64,000 nt of DNA. It comes from Polyangiales bacterium. GTDB taxonomy: Bacteria; Myxococcota_A; Polyangia; Polyangiales; Polyangiaceae. Shown piece by piece: positions 51,445 through 61,075 of this stretch. Each line of letters opens with the position of its first letter. Positions within the stretch are counted from its first letter, which is position 1. The notes beneath the pieces are model-generated. The model did no database searches. It saw only the letters and a program-made list of their open reading frames with translations, and was not told where the DNA came from. The position numbers were made by a program, and so were the translations under genes. The stretch spans positions 160,001 through 224,000 of the forward strand of contig JBBRLQ010000009.1 in NCBI GenBank assembly GCA_038231275.1, given 5' to 3'.

Positions 51445-52581
51445 ATGCGCGCTCGCGTCCTCTTCTTCTTCTGTGGGGCCACCCTCTCGCTGGCGACGAT
51501 CGTCGCCTGTTTCCCCGAGTTTCAGGTCTCGGGGTCGAGCGGCGGCCCCTCCGACGGCGCCGCCGGTCAAGACGGGACGCTCCCGGGTCAGGACGGAAGC
51601 AGCGGATCGAGCGGAAGCAGCGGCACCAGCGGATCGAGCGGAAGCAGCGGATCGAGCGGAAGCAGCGGCACCAGCGGAAGCAGCGGATCCAGCGGCGGCA
51701 CCGACGGTGGCGGCGACGGATCCTCGGGCAACGTCGGCGGCATGATCCTCATCCCCCAGACCGGCCCCGGCGGCTTCGCGTACCACCAGGGCAGCTCCTC
51801 CTCCCAGGTGACCATCAGCCACGATTTCTACCTCGACGCGAAGGAGGCCACCGTCGCCCGCTTCAAAGACTGGGTGAACGCGGCAATGCCGCTGCCGTGC
51901 GAGAGCGGCAACGAGTGCTCGCTCGATCCCGGCGGCCCGCACCAGTACGAGATGCGCTGGCAGACGTCGTGGAACCTGAAGGCGCGCTCGGACAACTACA
52001 AGAACGTCAACTGCACCAAGACCGACAACGCGTTCAACGGCGCGCCCACCTACAACGGCGCCGCGGGCGACGTGCCGATCAACTGCATCAACTGGTACAC
52101 CGCGATGGCGTTCTGCTGGTTCGACGGCCAGAGGCGCGTCGCGACGCAGATCGAGTGGCAGTGGGCGGCGACGGGCCGCGGACGCGGGCGCACGTACCCC
52201 TGGGGCGATACTCCGGCGCCCAACGACTGCACCCTCGCGGTGTGGAAGGGGGCCGACGGTGGCGCGCTCAACAACTACAACGGCTGCGGCTTCCCGCTCG
52301 CGGGCGGCAGCGCGCCGGCCGGTGCGTCGTTCGACGGCGTGCTCGACATGGCGGGCAGCCTCTACGAGTGGACGTGGGACGACGACTGGAACACGCTCCC
52401 GTCGCAGCTCCCCACCGACTACAGCGGCAACTCGATCGACGGCGGCATCTTCTCGCGCATCAGCCGCGGCGGCGGGTACACCTCGAACGCGGTCGACGTG
52501 ACGACGCAGACGCAGAACAACTACTCCGTCGACTCGTACGTCGCCGACATCGGCGTGCGCTGCGCGAAGACGAAGCTCTGA
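51445..52581 (+). CDS. FGE-sulfatase (CLec fold) domain lipoprotein
   Basis: IVAC lipobox; FYLDAKEATV, PINCINW, EWQWAA, YPWG, DMAGSLYEW, RGGG, IGVRCA. Confidence 0.87.
   Translation: MRARVLFFFCGATLSLATIVACFPEFQVSGSSGGPSDGAAGQDGTLPGQDGSSGSSGSSGTSGSSGSSGSSGSSGTSGSSGSSGGTDGGGDGSSGNVGGMILIPQTGPGGFAYHQGSSSSQVTISHDFYLDAKEATVARFKDWVNAAMPLPCESGNECSLDPGGPHQYEMRWQTSWNLKARSDNYKNVNCTKTDNAFNGAPTYNGAAGDVPINCINWYTAMAFCWFDGQRRVATQIEWQWAATGRGRGRTYPWGDTPAPNDCTLAVWKGADGGALNNYNGCGFPLAGGSAPAGASFDGVLDMAGSLYEWTWDDDWNTLPSQLPTDYSGNSIDGGIFSRISRGGGYTSNAVDVTTQTQNNYSVDSYVADIGVRCAKTKL
51595..51699 (+). repeat. 9-nt Gly-Ser-Ser tandem linker repeat
   Basis: GGAAGCAGC/GGATCGAGC/GGCACCAGC units, about 11 copies. Confidence 0.85.
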
Positions 52582-52599
52582 TGGTCTAGCTCTGACGCT

Positions 52600-53592
52600 C
52601 TAGAAGGTGCCGACGAGCCCGGCGCCTCGTCCGACGGGCGCGATGCGCACTTGCGCGGCGGTCTTGTCCTTCCCGCCGATCACGAGGAGGCCGACGCCGG
52701 CGCCGGCCGACAGGACACCGAGCCCGAAGAGGCCGATGCCGAGCGCCGTGTACGTCTTGCCGTTCGCGATGTCGTCCGACGCGGCGGGCGGGCAGCTCTT
52801 TCCGTCGGCTCCGCACGCGGCGTCGAGCTTCGAGATCTCGTTGCCGCGCAGCACGAACATCACGACGCCGCCCGCGACCGCCGCGCCGCCGACACCGACG
52901 AGCACCCAGCCGAGGGTCGCGTTGGGATTTCCGGACGCGCGAGGTGTCGTGTCCTTGATCGACTCGGTCTGCCTCGGCGTCTGCGCGTCGGCGACCGGAG
53001 CAGGCGCGGGCGCGGCGTCGTCGAGGTCCGGGACGCTGAGCTTGGCCGTGGTGCCGGCGCCGGCGACCTCGACCTTCGCCTTCCATGCGCGCTTGCCGGG
53101 CGCGCTTGCGACCACGGCGTGCTCTCCCGGATCGACGGGAACTGCCTCTCCCCACTGCGCCTGCCCGACGAGCTCGCCGTCCCGTTTCACTTCGAGCCCC
53201 GCCGGCCGCCCTTCGACGGGCACGACGATCGCGAGGCGCGAAAGCTTCGGCTCGAGCGCCGCCGCACGATCCCGCGCGGCCTTCTCGCGATCCTTCTGGC
53301 CCGCCATTTTCGTCTGCGTCGCCGCGCTCACGAAGTGCGCCCACGCGCTCGCCGTTCTCCCGGTGTGCTCGTAGCAATCGCCGAGGTTGAACTTGGTCCC
53401 GGCGGTCGCCGAAAGACGCAAGCTCTCCTCGAGCTTCGGGCACGCCTTGTCCCATTTCCCGTCGGCGATGAGCTTCTTCGCGTCGTCGAAGAGCTGCTGC
53501 GCGACCGCATCGTCGGCCGCGCGCGCGTCGCTTCCCGCGAGCAGAGCCCCGGCGAGGGCGAGCGGCATGAGGGTTCGTCGGCGGAGGTTCAT
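52600..53592 (-). CDS. Exported TPR + PEGA-like domain protein
   Basis: Signal; ACPKLEES...NLGDCYEHTGRTASAW; VPVDPGEH; ends GLVGTF; ATGA overlap with kinase. Confidence 0.8.
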   Translation of the reverse strand: MNLRRRTLMPLALAGALLAGSDARAADDAVAQQLFDDAKKLIADGKWDKACPKLEESLRLSATAGTKFNLGDCYEHTGRTASAWAHFVSAATQTKMAGQKDREKAARDRAAALEPKLSRLAIVVPVEGRPAGLEVKRDGELVGQAQWGEAVPVDPGEHAVVASAPGKRAWKAKVEVAGAGTTAKLSVPDLDDAAPAPAPVADAQTPRQTESIKDTTPRASGNPNATLGWVLVGVGGAAVAGGVVMFVLRGNEISKLDAACGADGKSCPPAASDDIANGKTYTALGIGLFGLGVLSAGAGVGLLVIGGKDKTAAQVRIAPVGRGAGLVGTF

Positions 53593-55040
53593 TCGCGATC
53601 GTCGAAGAGGCCTTGAGGCTTGGTGGGCGGTGTCACGGTAGACGAGGGCGAGACGGGGGGCTTCCCCGGCGAAGGCTTCGCCGCGGGAGGCTTCGCGGAC
53701 GAGGCAGATTTGGTCGCGGGCGTCGGCGTCGCCGCGGCGCCAGCGATCGCCGTCGAGTTTGCGGTCGCCGTCGCGGTCGTGGTCGTGGTCGCGGTCGCGG
53801 TCGCGGTCGTGGTCGTGGTCGCGATCGTCGTCTCCGGAAGAGGCGCGGCAGGCTGGATGGTCCCTTGTTTCACATGCGGTCGCGCGAGCCCCACCCCGAG
53901 CGCCGCAGCGAGCAGCGCCGAAGCGACGACGACGCCCCCTCCGATCAGCCGCCAATTCCGCGGTTTCGGAGCGTCCGGCTTGGTATCGACCCACGCGCTC
54001 GCGGTGCGCGTCGGGCCCGACGACGACGGTGACAGCGCGCGATGACGCGGCGGATCGGAGCGCAGCGTAGGCGCGGTCGCGACGGCGTACGTCGACGGGC
54101 TGACCATCACGCGCCGCACGCGCGTCGCCGCGAGCTGCGCATCTCCCGACGCGAACGGCGCCAGCGCTTCGGCGAGCGCGGCCACGTCCGGGTACCGATC
54201 CTCGCGCGCCTTCGCCAGGCACCTCGAGATGACCGCTTCGAGCGCTTCGGGCGCGTCCGCGCGCGCGGACCTCAGCGTCGGCGGCGCGTCGCGGATGATC
54301 TTCGCGGCGACGTCGGCCGTCGTCTCCGCGTAGTACGGCGGCGCGCCGGTGAGGAGCGCGTAGAGGATCGTACCGAGCGCCCAGATGTCCGCGCGCCCGT
54401 CGACGTCCTTCGTCGAGCGGAGCTGCTCGGGGGACATGTAGCAAGGCGTCCCCATGATCGTCGCGGTCGTCGTGACGTCGTTCCTGCCGTCGTCCTGGAT
54501 CTTGGAGATGCCGAAGTCCAGCACCTTCACCTTCGGCATCCCGTCGGCGCCGCGCACCACGAAGAGGTTCGCCGGCTTCAGATCGCGGTGCACGATCCCG
54601 AGCGCGTGCGCCGCCGCGAGCGCTTCGCACGCCTGGATCACGTAGGAGACCGCATCGGCGACCGGCATCGGCCCTTCGATCTCGACGAGCTGCGCGAGGT
54701 CGTGGCCGTGCAAGTACTCCATGACGATGTACGGCGTGCCGCTCTCGAGGCGCGCGACGTCGAGGACGCGCACGACGCCCTCGCTCTTGATCTTGATCGC
54801 CGCGCGCGCCTCGCGAAGAAAACGAGAGACCGCGTCGGGGCTCGGCACCGCGCTCGGCAAGAGGAACTTGATCGCGACCTTCTCCTCGAGCTCGAGGTGC
54901 GTCGCCGCGAGGACCACGCCCATGCCGCCGACGCCGAGCACGCGCTCCAGGCGATACTTTCCCGCGAGCACCTCGCCGGGGCGCGGCACCCCGTGCGGGA
55001 GGGCCTCCGGGAGCGAGGCAGGGTGGGTCGGGATCGTCAT
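53589..55040 (-). CDS. Membrane-anchored Ser/Thr protein kinase
   Basis: GVGGMGVV, VAIK, HRDLKPAN, DFG, YMSPE, DIWALG; TM; Thr/Ala tail. Confidence 0.94.
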   Translation of the reverse strand: MTIPTHPASLPEALPHGVPRPGEVLAGKYRLERVLGVGGMGVVLAATHLELEEKVAIKFLLPSAVPSPDAVSRFLREARAAIKIKSEGVVRVLDVARLESGTPYIVMEYLHGHDLAQLVEIEGPMPVADAVSYVIQACEALAAAHALGIVHRDLKPANLFVVRGADGMPKVKVLDFGISKIQDDGRNDVTTTATIMGTPCYMSPEQLRSTKDVDGRADIWALGTILYALLTGAPPYYAETTADVAAKIIRDAPPTLRSARADAPEALEAVISRCLAKAREDRYPDVAALAEALAPFASGDAQLAATRVRRVMVSPSTYAVATAPTLRSDPPRHRALSPSSSGPTRTASAWVDTKPDAPKPRNWRLIGGGVVVASALLAAALGVGLARPHVKQGTIQPAAPLPETTIATTTTTATATATTTTTATATANSTAIAGAAATPTPATKSASSAKPPAAKPSPGKPPVSPSSTVTPPTKPQGLFDDRE

Positions 55041-55125
55041 GGAAGGTGCGGCGAATGCTTAGACGGGGCTCGGCGTGAAACCGTTTACGCGGGGCCCCAA
55101 ACGTGTGTGTAAACATGCCACAAAT

Positions 55126-56043
55126 TCAACGCTCGCGCCTCCCCACTCCGGCGAGCGTCACCACGAGGCCGCCGGCGATGACGAGCGCCATCCCCAGGAG
55201 CGCGTCGGCGCCCGGTTTTTCCCCGAGGAAAATCGCCCCGAGCGCCGCGCTGACGACGACCGCGAGGTAGCCCATGCCGCTGATCCGCGCAGCCCGCTCG
55301 AGGGCGTACGCCCGGGTCATGCTCAGCTGGGCGAGGCCTGCCGAGAGCCCCGCCGCCAGCATCGCGCCCGCGTCGTGCGCGTCGGGGACGTGAAAGTGCG
55401 GAATGGACAGCAGCAAACAGACCGTCGCGGCGACGAGCGAGAAGTGGAGCGAGATCGCCTCGGGCCCCTCGGTGGGGCTGATCTTGCGGAGAAGGATCAT
55501 CGCGTTCGCGGAGAACATCGCGGCGAGCAAGGCAATGCCCGCGGTGACGAGCATCGCCGGAGTTCGAGGCGCGCCTCCGCCGAAGACGAACGACGGTTGC
55601 AAGATGAGGACGACCCCCGCGACGCTCAAGGGCAGCGCGATCGCGACGCGCTTGCCGGCGCGCTCGTCGAGGAAGAAGGGCGACAGCAGCGCGATGAAGA
55701 CGGGCGAGAGGTTCACGAGCGTCGTCGTGTCGCCGAGGCCGAGCGCCGGCGAGCCGAGCGCGTAGAACGTGCAGAGCAGCGCCGCCGTGCCGAAGATGCT
55801 GCGGAGCCAAATGCCCCGACGGTTCTTCACGACGAGCGGCGCCATACGCGCCCGCCCCACGCCGTACGCCACCATCGCCCCGATCGCGGCGCGCGTGCCC
55901 GCGACGATCGTCCAGTGCGTGTGGGCGCTCCCCACCCGGGCGAAGAAGCCCATCGTCGCGAAGAGCACGGCGCTCACCGCCATCCAACTGAACCCTGCGA
56001 GGCTCGACCCTTTGCCGGACGGCGGATCCGAATGGACCCTCAA
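55126..56043 (-). CDS. DMT/EamA family transporter
   Basis: About 10 TM; LRSIFG, SPVFIALLS.FFLDE, AQLSMTRAY, IFLGE; TTG start 56043 or ATG 55983. Confidence 0.88.
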   Translation of the reverse strand: MRVHSDPPSGKGSSLAGFSWMAVSAVLFATMGFFARVGSAHTHWTIVAGTRAAIGAMVAYGVGRARMAPLVVKNRRGIWLRSIFGTAALLCTFYALGSPALGLGDTTTLVNLSPVFIALLSPFFLDERAGKRVAIALPLSVAGVVLILQPSFVFGGGAPRTPAMLVTAGIALLAAMFSANAMILLRKISPTEGPEAISLHFSLVAATVCLLLSIPHFHVPDAHDAGAMLAAGLSAGLAQLSMTRAYALERAARISGMGYLAVVVSAALGAIFLGEKPGADALLGMALVIAGGLVVTLAGVGRRER

Positions 56044-56103
56044 GAGGACGGCACGATACCACAGCGACTCCGATCCGACGGGCGCGTGGTAACTTGAAGA
56101 GGC

Positions 56104-57033
56104 ATGCCGCCGGACGACAAGAAGCCGAAGCGGATGGGGCCGATTCGAACGGCGCCGCTCGAGGACTCCGAGGCGCTCCGTGCCGCGCTCCAACGCGAGC
56201 TGCAGAAGGCCGCGGCGCCGTCGCTCCTCGTGATCGCCGGTCCCGACGTCGGCCTCCGCGTGCGCCTCGACCGGACCCTCGAGATTGGTCGCGACCCCGC
56301 GAGCAACTTCGCCCTTCGCGACGAGAGCATCTCGTGGCAGCACCTGCGCGTCGAGGATCGCGGGAGCGGAGAGTGGGCGCTCGTCGATCTCGGGAGCACC
56401 AACGGCACCATCCTCAACACCGAGAAGTGCGCGGGCGAGCGTCGGTTGTCGGCCGGCGATCGCATCCTCATCGGCAAGACGGTGCTCGAGTTCCAGCTCG
56501 CCGACAGCTTGCGCGAGGGATTCAACGCCGAGGTGCAGCGCCTCCTCAACGTCGACGAGCTGAGCGGCCTCTGGGTGAAGCGCCGCTTCGACGCGCAGCT
56601 CGAGACCGCCGCGAGCGCCGTCCGCGCCGGGAGCATGCCGGTGCTGAGCGTCGTCGTGATGGACATGGACGGCGTGAAGGGCATCAACGACACGCACGGC
56701 CATCACATGGGCGCGTTCGCGATCGGCGAGGCCGGCCACGTCATCGGGCGCGTCATCGGCGATCGCGGGTTCTCGACGCGCTTCGGGGGCGACGAGTTCG
56801 CGTCGGCGCTGCCGGGGTTCACGAAGGAGCAAGCCGTCGCCGTCGCGGAGGAGGTGCGCCACGCCGTCACGGCGCACGTGTACGAGAAGGGAGCCGTGCG
56901 TGTGCACCCGGGCCTCAGCGCCGGCGTGGCCACGCTGCCGGGCGACGCGACGGACGCCGAGGGGCTCTTCCGTGAGGCCGACCAGGCCATGTACCGGGCA
57001 AAGCGCGCGGGAAAGAACCGCGTCGCCACGTAA
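56104..57033 (+). CDS. FHA-GGDEF dinucleotide cyclase
   Basis: FHA IGRD..ISWQH..DLGSTNGT; DMD, NDTHGH, RFGGDEF, ADQAMYRAK..GKNR. Confidence 0.92.
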   Translation: MPPDDKKPKRMGPIRTAPLEDSEALRAALQRELQKAAAPSLLVIAGPDVGLRVRLDRTLEIGRDPASNFALRDESISWQHLRVEDRGSGEWALVDLGSTNGTILNTEKCAGERRLSAGDRILIGKTVLEFQLADSLREGFNAEVQRLLNVDELSGLWVKRRFDAQLETAASAVRAGSMPVLSVVVMDMDGVKGINDTHGHHMGAFAIGEAGHVIGRVIGDRGFSTRFGGDEFASALPGFTKEQAVAVAEEVRHAVTAHVYEKGAVRVHPGLSAGVATLPGDATDAEGLFREADQAMYRAKRAGKNRVAT

Positions 57034-57132
57034 GAAGTCGCGTAGATTGGGAGGGTCGAATACGATTTCGGCCAGCGCCCCGTCCGGGTTTGGCGAGGCG
57101 CGTGCGGCGGCACCCTGCGAGGGAAAGAGCGC

Positions 57133-60100
57133 ATGCTCAAGGTCGAATGCGAGTCCTGTAAGGCGCCTTACCAAGTCGACGAGCGGCGGGTTCCACCGAC
57201 CGGCCTCAAGATGCGGTGCCCCAAGTGCGGTCACACGTTCCTCGTGACGAACGCGGCGGCACCCGGAGGAGGCGGAGGCGCGGCGACGGTCGTGTCGGCG
57301 GCGCCGCCGATTCCGAAGAAGACGATGGTCGGCGTCGGCGCGGTGCAGGCCCCCTCGCCTGGGCGCCCCCCCGCGCCTCCCGCCCCGCCTCCGCCGAAGC
57401 CGGCCGCGAAGAGCGGGCCCGACAGCCTGCCCGCGGCGCTAGGCACGCTCGACGAGTCGGATCTTCCCGCGATACCGGACGTCGCTGGGCTTCCCGCGAT
57501 GGTCGCGCGAAAGCCGGCGGGCTTCGGCGCGCCCGCGATCCCGCGAGGCCACGCAGTGCCGGCGCCCGCTCCGTCGGTTCCGATGTCGCCGTCGGGTGGT
57601 CTCGACTTCGGCGAGATCGAGCTGCCGTCCGCGATCGCGCGTCAGCCCATCGCCGACCTTCCGTCTGCGCGCCGCGCGCCGCCCCCCGCGGCCGGCGCTC
57701 GCCCGCCGACGCACGATTTTTCGAGCGTCCCGATGCCGTCCGTCGATCTTCCGTCGGCCAAGCGCGGCGGCGTCCCCACGCGCGGCGGCTTCGGCTCGCT
57801 CGATGCAGAGCTCCCGTCCATCCAGAACAACCTGCCGCAGGCGCGCGGCGGCGGCTTCGGCGAGATCGATCTCCCGGCGGTCCACGGCGGCGACTTGCCC
57901 GCGCGGCAGAACGATCTGCCGATGACGGCGCAGAACAACCTGCCGATGATGGCGCAGAACAACCTGCCGATGACGGCGCAGAACAACCTGCCGATGGCGC
58001 AGAACAACCTGCCGATGGCGCAGAACAACCTGCCGATGGCGCAGGCGATGGGCCACAACCTCCCGATGCCCGCGGGAAACCAGAACCTGTTGCCGCAGAC
58101 GGCGCAGGGGCAGGGGCTCTTGCCGTCGTTCGGCGATTTTGGCGAGCTCGATCTCCCGCGCGCCCAGCCGATGGGGATGCAGCTCCCGTCCGCGCATCGC
58201 TCGCCGCAGTCTCAGCAGCCGTACCCGCCCAGCGGGCCGCCGGGTCCCGACGGATTCGGCGAGCTCGATCTTCCGCCGGCGAACCGCCAGCCGAGCGGCG
58301 CGCCGCCCGCGTTCAACGTGCCGACCGTACCGCCGCCGGGCGGTTCGGGAGCGCCGCCGGGGACGCCGATGGGCTCGCTCCCGCCGGCCGATCGGCGCGG
58401 TGGGGTCGGCTTCGGAGAGGTCGACCTCGGCGGCGAGGCCGCGGGGACCGAGATGCGTTTGTCGGGGCCCGCCCCCGCGATCAGCTCCGGGACGCTCGCC
58501 GGCGACGCGGCCGCACGCGCCGCGCACGAGGCCGTCGAGTCCGAGGCCGCCAAGCGTCGCGCGCGCACCGTCGTCGTCCAGAAGTCCTCGCGCGCACCGA
58601 AGATCGTCATCGGCGTGGTCGCGGTCATCGTCGTGGTCGGCATGCTCCTCCAGCTCGCGCCCGGCGTCGGCGCCTTCGGGCACGTGTGGATCAGCGACAA
58701 GATGAACGCCAGCGAGTACCTCCGCGCCGCGCAGCAAGGGGCCGAAAAAGCCCGCAAGCGAATGGGGACGGACACCTACGCCGAGGCGCGCGGCGCCGCC
58801 GAGGAGCTCGCGCAGGCCCACGCTCATTCGCCGCGCGCGCGTCCGCTCGCCGCGTACGCCGCGCTCGCGCAGTACATGACCGAGATGCGCTTCGGGCGCG
58901 ACTCGCAGGCGAACGCGCGCGTCTCGCAGTGGCTCGCCGAGGTCCCGCCAAACGCCGATCCGAAGTACACGCCCGTCGCGCAGGCGGCGCAGGCAGCGCT
59001 CGCCGGAGATCTGCCGAAGGCGCGGCGCATGCTGGACACCGCCGCCAAGCTCGCGGGCGCCGACCCGATCGCGCAGGACATCGCGTTCACGCGCGGTGAG
59101 GCGGAGCTGCTCGCGAAGGATGGCGCCGCCGCGGTCGCCGCGTTCAAGAAGGCCGTCGAGCTGACGCCTAGCGCGCGCGCCCACTTCGGTCTCGCGCGAG
59201 GGTACGACTTGCTCGGCGACGCGAAGAAGGCGGCCGAAGAGGTCGATCTCGCGCTGAAGGCGTCGCCCAACGACGCAGGCGCGCTGACCCTCCGCGCGCA
59301 GCTCGCGTGGCGCAAAGCGCACGACGAGGTGTCGGCCCAGAAGGACCTAACCATCGTGACGGACGGCGTGGCCAAGGCGACGGCGTCGGTCGGCGAGCAA
59401 GCGCGCGCGCACGCGGTGCGCGGAATGGTCTACCTCGCGAAGGACCGCACCGCCGAAGCGCGCGCGTCGTTCGACCAGTCGCTGAAGCTCGACCCCCGCA
59501 GCGTCCTCGCGCTCGTCGGGCAGGGCGAGGTGCTCTTCCAGGACAGCCGCCACGCCGAAGCGCTCACCCGCTTCGACACGGCGCTGCAGACCGATCCGCT
59601 CAACATCGACGCCATCGTCGGCGACGGGAAGACGCAGATCGCCCTCGAGAAGCTCACGGACGCCAAGACGCAGCTCTCGGCGGCGCGCGCCAAATTCCCC
59701 AAGGACATGCGCGTCGCGCTGTGGCTGGGCAAGGCCGAGGAGGCGCTCGGCAACAAGAAGCAGGCCGAGGATCAGTACCTCTCGGCGATCGATCTCGCCG
59801 ACACGACGCAGCCCGAGGCGGTCTCGGCGTACGTGGCGCTCGCGACCCTCCTCGCGACGCAGGGGCGCGCGGCCGAGGCCGAGGCGAAGCTCGATCAGGC
59901 GAAGCAGAAGCTCCCCGACTCGGCGCAGCTCCAGCGCGCCTTCGGCGAGATCGCGGCCGCGCAGGGGCAGTACCAGCGCGCCGTGGCCTATTACGAGGCG
60001 ACCCTCGAGCGCGATCCGAACGACGTCGGCACGCGCTTCCGTCTCGGCTCGACGTTGCGCCGCATGCGCAGCATGGACGCCGCCGCCGCCCAGCTCGACA

Positions 60101-61047
60101 AGGTCGCGGAGGCCGACAAGGAGTACCCCGGGCTCTCGCTCGAGCGCGGTCTCCTCTACGAGGAGTCGGGCGAGGTCGAGAAGGCGCTCGAGATGTTCAA
60201 AAGCGCGCTCGCCAAGTTCCCGGCCGACATCGATCTGCAGCTTCGCGTCGGCGCGATGTACGCGATCGTCGGGCAGCCCGACAAGGCGATCGAGATGATC
60301 CAGAAGGTCCTCGAGCTGCGCCAGAACAGCGCCGAGGCGCACCACTTCCTCGGCCGCGCGCTCCTCCAGAAGGGAGCGCTCCAGAACACGCGCGCGATGC
60401 GCGAGCTCCGCAAGGCCGTCGATCAGGATCCCAACCGCCCCGAGTACCACCTCTACGTCGGCTGGGCGGCGAGCGACGCGACCCCGGCGGACCTGAACCT
60501 CGCGCGTTCCGAGATCGAAAAGGCCCTCCAGCTCGATCGGCTCCTCGGCGACGGGTACTGGCAGCTCGGCGTCGTCGAGTACAAGCAGGGGGTGATCGAC
60601 GACGGCATCCGGCACCTGAAACGCGCGCTGGAGCTGAAGCCGACACGCTTCGAAGCGCACGCCGCGATGGCCGAGTGTCTCTCGCAAAAGAACGACGTCG
60701 TCGGCGCGCTCGCGGAGTGGAAGAAGGCGGTGGATGCCGACGACAGGCGCCCGTACTGGCGCTACCGCTACGGCAAGCTCCTCGCGGACAGGGGGGCGAC
60801 GGCGGAAGCGGCGAAGCATTTGTCGTTCGCGGCCCAGAACGCCGAAGGGGACACGCCGCGACCCGGGTGGTTGCCCGACGCCGAGTTCAATGCGGGCGAG
60901 GCGCTCCGAAAAACCGGCAAGAAAGCAGAAGCGATCGAGCGCTACCGGCAGTACCTCGGGATGGCTCCGCCAGGCGCCGCGGACAAGCGCGACGCGGCCA
61001 AGGCGCTCCAGGATCTCGGCGCGCCGTACGATCCGCACGCGCTCTGA
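57133..61047 (+). CDS. Zinc-ribbon (MJ0042-type) / disordered linker / TM / periplasmic TPR protein
   Basis: CESC...CPKCGHTF; Pro-rich linker; TM IVIGVVAVIVVVGMLL; long TPR array. Confidence 0.88.
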   Translation: MLKVECESCKAPYQVDERRVPPTGLKMRCPKCGHTFLVTNAAAPGGGGGAATVVSAAPPIPKKTMVGVGAVQAPSPGRPPAPPAPPPPKPAAKSGPDSLPAALGTLDESDLPAIPDVAGLPAMVARKPAGFGAPAIPRGHAVPAPAPSVPMSPSGGLDFGEIELPSAIARQPIADLPSARRAPPPAAGARPPTHDFSSVPMPSVDLPSAKRGGVPTRGGFGSLDAELPSIQNNLPQARGGGFGEIDLPAVHGGDLPARQNDLPMTAQNNLPMMAQNNLPMTAQNNLPMAQNNLPMAQNNLPMAQAMGHNLPMPAGNQNLLPQTAQGQGLLPSFGDFGELDLPRAQPMGMQLPSAHRSPQSQQPYPPSGPPGPDGFGELDLPPANRQPSGAPPAFNVPTVPPPGGSGAPPGTPMGSLPPADRRGGVGFGEVDLGGEAAGTEMRLSGPAPAISSGTLAGDAAARAAHEAVESEAAKRRARTVVVQKSSRAPKIVIGVVAVIVVVGMLLQLAPGVGAFGHVWISDKMNASEYLRAAQQGAEKARKRMGTDTYAEARGAAEELAQAHAHSPRARPLAAYAALAQYMTEMRFGRDSQANARVSQWLAEVPPNADPKYTPVAQAAQAALAGDLPKARRMLDTAAKLAGADPIAQDIAFTRGEAELLAKDGAAAVAAFKKAVELTPSARAHFGLARGYDLLGDAKKAAEEVDLALKASPNDAGALTLRAQLAWRKAHDEVSAQKDLTIVTDGVAKATASVGEQARAHAVRGMVYLAKDRTAEARASFDQSLKLDPRSVLALVGQGEVLFQDSRHAEALTRFDTALQTDPLNIDAIVGDGKTQIALEKLTDAKTQLSAARAKFPKDMRVALWLGKAEEALGNKKQAEDQYLSAIDLADTTQPEAVSAYVALATLLATQGRAAEAEAKLDQAKQKLPDSAQLQRAFGEIAAAQGQYQRAVAYYEATLERDPNDVGTRFRLGSTLRRMRSMDAAAAQLDKVAEADKEYPGLSLERGLLYEESGEVEKALEMFKSALAKFPADIDLQLRVGAMYAIVGQPDKAIEMIQKVLELRQNSAEAHHFLGRALLQKGALQNTRAMRELRKAVDQDPNRPEYHLYVGWAASDATPADLNLARSEIEKALQLDRLLGDGYWQLGVVEYKQGVIDDGIRHLKRALELKPTRFEAHAAMAECLSQKNDVVGALAEWKKAVDADDRRPYWRYRYGKLLADRGATAEAAKHLSFAAQNAEGDTPRPGWLPDAEFNAGEALRKTGKKAEAIERYRQYLGMAPPGAADKRDAAKALQDLGAPYDPHAL
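57907..58041 (+). repeat. Near-perfect coding tandem repeat QNNLPM(T/M)A / QNNLPMA
   Basis: Three 24-nt units then three 21-nt units of CAGAACAACCTGCCGATG(ACG)GCG. Confidence 0.92.
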
Positions 61048-61075
61048 GTCGAACCGCGTCGGCGCGGGCAGCCCG

